Shown one piece after another: positions 60,419 through 64,000 of a stretch of 64,000 bases of DNA. Within the stretch, counting starts at the first letter, position 1. Each line of letters starts with the position of its first letter. The position numbers were made by a program, and so were the translations under genes. The stretch comes from Macrostomum hystrix. Taxonomy: Eukaryota > Animalia > Platyhelminthes. The notes below the pieces were generated by a model. It was not told where the DNA came from, searched no databases, and saw only the letters and a program-made list of their open reading frames with translations. The DNA is taken from the NCBI GenBank assembly GCA_950097015.1, contig CATNEN010000008.1:186001-250000 (forward strand), in the 5' to 3' direction.

Positions 60419-61226
60419 ATCAGTGGCAGGTTTCGGCGCGGAATGCATCGTATCTCCTAGTTTCTTATCTTCTTTTTTTCAAAATGTTTTACATCCATAG
60501 TCACGTGACCGGACTTGATTCATAGAAACAGATCAACGACTTAACGCATTGCGATAAGGCCAAAGTCCCCTATAATACATCTATTCGCATCTGCCTGCAG
60601 TAAAATAGCTTCTAAATGTTCCTGACTGGTTTCTAAAGCCAAACTTTGGGCAATCAGCCTATTCTAAGAATCGCAGTCACGCATCTCAGTTGTCAGATTT
60701 TGCCCTGTTGGATTCTTTGATCCCAATTTCCTGCCGCTGCTTTTTTATCCCAGCAAAAAGGAAGAAGAAGAAGAAGATAGGCTGGGGATCTGCTTATCAC
60801 CTTCCGGTGTCAAATTGAGCAGCTGGGCCGGTTGAGAAGTCGCTGCTTTCAAAACTAATCTATAATCGGAATCTCGGACGCGAAAAAAAGCAACAACAAA
60901 ATAGGAAAATCCCTAAATGAGAGGAAAAAATACGTTTAGGAAAGGATTATCCTGTTATCTGCTCAGTCTGAGCGTAAGAAGATACAGACAGGGCAGATAC
61001 CCAAATAGCTCGTAGTCAAGTCTAGTCAAGTCATCAATCTATTTCGTGTGTAGTTATGAGTGTCTTGCTGGAAGGGCTGTCAGCGAGTGCCGATACCAGC
61101 AGAGCTGCAGTAACCCCGCAGTAGCTCTTTAGGGCTGCAACTTTGTCAGGGATCTGTGTCGAGGGCCGGGTCTCGCGTGCGTTCTGCGGCCTTAAATGCT
61201 GTGATTTCAAAAAGTGTTGTCACGCG

Positions 61227-61261
61227 ATAGATAGATAGATAGATGGATAGATAGATAGATG

Positions 61262-61304
<43 letters not shown>

Positions 61305-61321
61305 GGATAGATAGATAGATG

Positions 61322-61400
<79 letters not shown>

Positions 61401-61417
61401 GGATAGATAGATAGATG

Positions 61418-61512
<95 letters not shown>
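61227..61512. repeat. (GATA)n microsatellite, ~70 units
   Basis: Directly visible. Confidence 0.97.
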
Positions 61513-63078
61513 TTCGCAAAAATGTTGCAACTGGTCACAAACTGCTACTTATTAAATGGCTAGTAGTATCGTTCAGAATTTTTTTCTTTCTCGAGGCTTC
61601 TATACATTCTATAGCTTCAAAATAGTAGTAAAACAACTAACGTCTACTTTGAGTAGGATACTATGAAATCTATAGTTTTCATTATGGAGACAGAAGTATC
61701 GAAATTGCTGCTTTTAGCTCGCAAGTAACAACATTTTGCTCTTCAGCAATTTTTCTCTGTTTCAATTTTATTATTATGGAAATTCAGCCATTTTCAAATG
61801 GCGTGATCATTCCTTCAGAGACCCTGAGTCATGCTTGCTTTGAAAACTGCTTCAGCTAAGGGCACATATTTGCGCGAAGCAGCTATCACCTAAAAAAAGC
61901 GAAAATATGGCCGAATCACTGGATCTCAAAACGGCAAAACCCTTTAAAAGTGGGACTACCAAGTCTACAGCGTTTGGCGGTGGCTGATTGGTTGACAGAC
62001 TAGTCGATGGTGTTCTGTGCTTGAGCTGCTCCTAATATTTAGGCTTGATCAGTGAAATTGGAGAAATTCGCGTCAGGGTGTCCATAGTGGCCTAGTTCCA
62101 CCTGTTGTAGCCCTTGAAGGTCCAGCAGTCCGTCTAGATAAAAATAGGTGACCACCGAAGACGGAGATGATGCAGGCACATGCGGGTGACATGCTGGTCA
62201 ATTATGAAGGCCTGGCAAGGCCGCACAGAGGCGCAGTGCTAATTTGTGTATATGGGTGTATGAAATACACTAGCGCTTATGGGAAAAATCTAACCTTCGT
62301 CCAGAACCATTGAATATCTCGACGATGGAAAGAGCTGGCGATTTGATTCTTGTTTCAGAAGATGCGCAACAAAAAGTTGGCCCGTGTTCTTGAGTTTCGT
62401 GTGCCTGCGTTGCTCCGTTAAGGTGCAGCACAAAAATGGTCAAATCAGGGAAATTCACACTTAGGTCGACAATTCCCAAATTCCAAACATGTGGACGAAC
62501 CAAAGTTAAATTTCGCCACAATATTCAGCCAGGTCGATCAGTCAAAAAGAACATTTTCAAAGCGGTTCTTTCTCCATTGTAAACTCAATGCGGATGCACT
62601 GTAAACAGTGCGATTAGAAAGAAGGGACTTATTTAAACAAGAAATTGTAAGCCATATTTCTTCAATAGGTGACAGATTGCTTTTTAGTCGACTGTTTTGG
62701 AAAGGTCGAGGATTACACAAATGCCCTTTGTGCAACAGTTAAGATAAATTGTTCCTAAATTTCTACCCCCTGGCCAATATAAAAGTTTCCCAGGGGGAAA
62801 AAGGATGCCGGCAATATTCTCTGTGTTAGACTACTTGGCCTCCTCATCCTTCCCCTAGACTAGACCCCACCCCTCCTCCACTCCAATCTTTCAGCACACG
62901 CACATCAGCAGATTCAACAGCCAATGAAATTTGACCAACCAGAAACGCACAGAGAGGTAGGGCTGGACTGAGTTTTAGTGGACGCATTCTCTGCAGTTGA
63001 TCACAGACCGAAGCCTGATGACAGAGCGCACCGATTTCCACTGCACCACTCAACAGGCGCCGCCAAGCAACATCGCCG

Positions 63079-64000
63079 ATGAACAGTCGTCGTTATCCTT
63101 ATGCTTCGTCGATATCGTCCGCTGAGTCGCGCGATTATCGGCGACACAGGCGACGCCACACCAGGCAGCCGCATCAGCTGCCGGCGCTGCCACAGCCAGG
63201 CTGTCAGCAGCAACAGCCAAGCGGCTGCTCAATCGAAGAAGTGCACGTCAACTTTGGCGATCGATTGTACCGGCTGACTGGCCTGGAACAGGAGGCCACA
63301 TGCCAGGACCTGATCTTTGCGCTACTCTGGTTTCGCAGCCTGCATCAGCGGCGCCGTCGGGAGCATCGTCAGCAGCAGAAGGAGCACCAGGAAGCCGAGC
63401 TGATGTCGGAGGCTGCCAGGCACGAGCTGGTTATCGATTTTCCCGGCCGGGTGAAGCGCGTACGCGGCCACCTGCCCGTGCTGCGGCTGCTCGCCCACCT
63501 GCGAAAACGCTCCAACCGAGGTAAGAGCTTCCAGCTGCGCGTGCGACAGCGACGCTCAATCGTCACGAGGACAACAACAGCCGAGGAGGAGGAGAACTCT
63601 TTGGAGCTGCGTATCTTCGACTGGGGACCCGGTGATGAGCGCTGCCAGCGCCATCGTCGCCGAGAGGAAGCCGCGGCCGCTGCTGCGATTATCAATGGAA
63701 CATCAGACTTGACATCGGCGGGCAAGAATTCGTTGTCGAATTGCGCCAACGGCGGGTTGGATCCGGCCGACAAGAACCTCATGCTGGAGTGGATGCGTCG
63801 TCTGAACCTCAAAGTCGACACCGACGGCTCGGGCTGCCAGAAGAGCCTGCAGGTCAGCTTCCGACACCAGACAAGGCGGCGAGTGTTCAAAACTTCTCGG
63901 GCGGACGACTTTGACGGCGAAGACTACGTTGACGTTATTGAAGCGGATGAAGATGAGATCGATGACGATGAAGGAGATTTTGACGACGATGATGAGCGAG
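63079..64000 (+). CDS. N-terminal RASSF (RASSF7-10-like) Ras-association-domain protein; 3'-truncated by window edge
   Basis: Not in the ORF track (no stop in window). It is open for 307 codons from ATG 63079. EVHVNFGDRLYRLTGLEQEATCQDLIFALL...HELVIDFPGRVKRV...PVLRLL...FQLRVR resembles the N-RASSF RA fold (xxxVWVxxxxxxVCGxxxxTTCxDVxxAL...), followed by an acidic tail. Confidence 0.6.
   Translation, partial: MNSRRYPYASSISSAESRDYRRHRRRHTRQPHQLPALPQPGCQQQQPSGCSIEEVHVNFGDRLYRLTGLEQEATCQDLIFALLWFRSLHQRRRREHRQQQKEHQEAELMSEAARHELVIDFPGRVKRVRGHLPVLRLLAHLRKRSNRGKSFQLRVRQRRSIVTRTTTAEEEENSLELRIFDWGPGDERCQRHRRREEAAAAAAIINGTSDLTSAGKNSLSNCANGGLDPADKNLMLEWMRRLNLKVDTDGSGCQKSLQVSFRHQTRRRVFKTSRADDFDGEDYVDVIEADEDEIDDDEGDFDDDDER

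Noticed and set aside
42000-62000. Hox-associated miRNAs (miR-10, miR-993, iab-4) near labial
   Set aside because: A by-eye search found no convincing mature-sequence match or hairpin. An Infernal/Rfam scan would be needed to exclude them.
62090-62150. Merlin/IS1595-like TDCW..Y motif on the minus strand
   Set aside because: There is a stop codon immediately upstream, with no other transposase motifs or TIRs.

Overview
This is eukaryotic (animal) genomic DNA, not prokaryotic. It has GT-AG introns, ANTP-class homeobox genes, tRNA-derived SINEs and about 15 kb (roughly a quarter, estimated by eye) of mini/microsatellites. The style (GC-rich, CAG/poly-Q-rich exons among many distinct minisatellites) suggests a free-living flatworm such as Macrostomum, but that is inference. 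Host genes: the 3' end of an IlvD/Edd-family dehydratase (1-194), a Dbx homeobox gene (about 1358-1864), a large minus-strand gene with a 5.9-kb exon (12869-20783+), an orphan ORF (about 34606-35044), a two-exon labial/Hox1 gene with a 10.2-kb intron (45853-57433) and an N-terminal-RASSF-like RA-domain gene running off the end (63079-64000). The most striking structure is a transposon-rich cassette of about 2.6 kb, present twice in inverted orientation (5837-11589 and 29468-33412). It carries a two-exon gene for a secreted, probably amidated, tandem double cystine-knot peptide. After the duplication, one copy received an intact THAP/P-element (32-bp TIRs, 8-bp TSD) and the other a Tc1 element (TA TSD), both just upstream of the peptide gene, and each has its empty site visible in the other copy. 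Also present: an internally deleted Crypton-type tyrosine-recombinase element bounded by a 13-bp near-palindromic direct repeat, a fold-back MITE, a hAT MITE nested in a SINE inside the labial intron, and a CCATAGAC motif shared by four unrelated DNA transposon types. Coordinates were counted by hand, and repeat boundaries are approximate.
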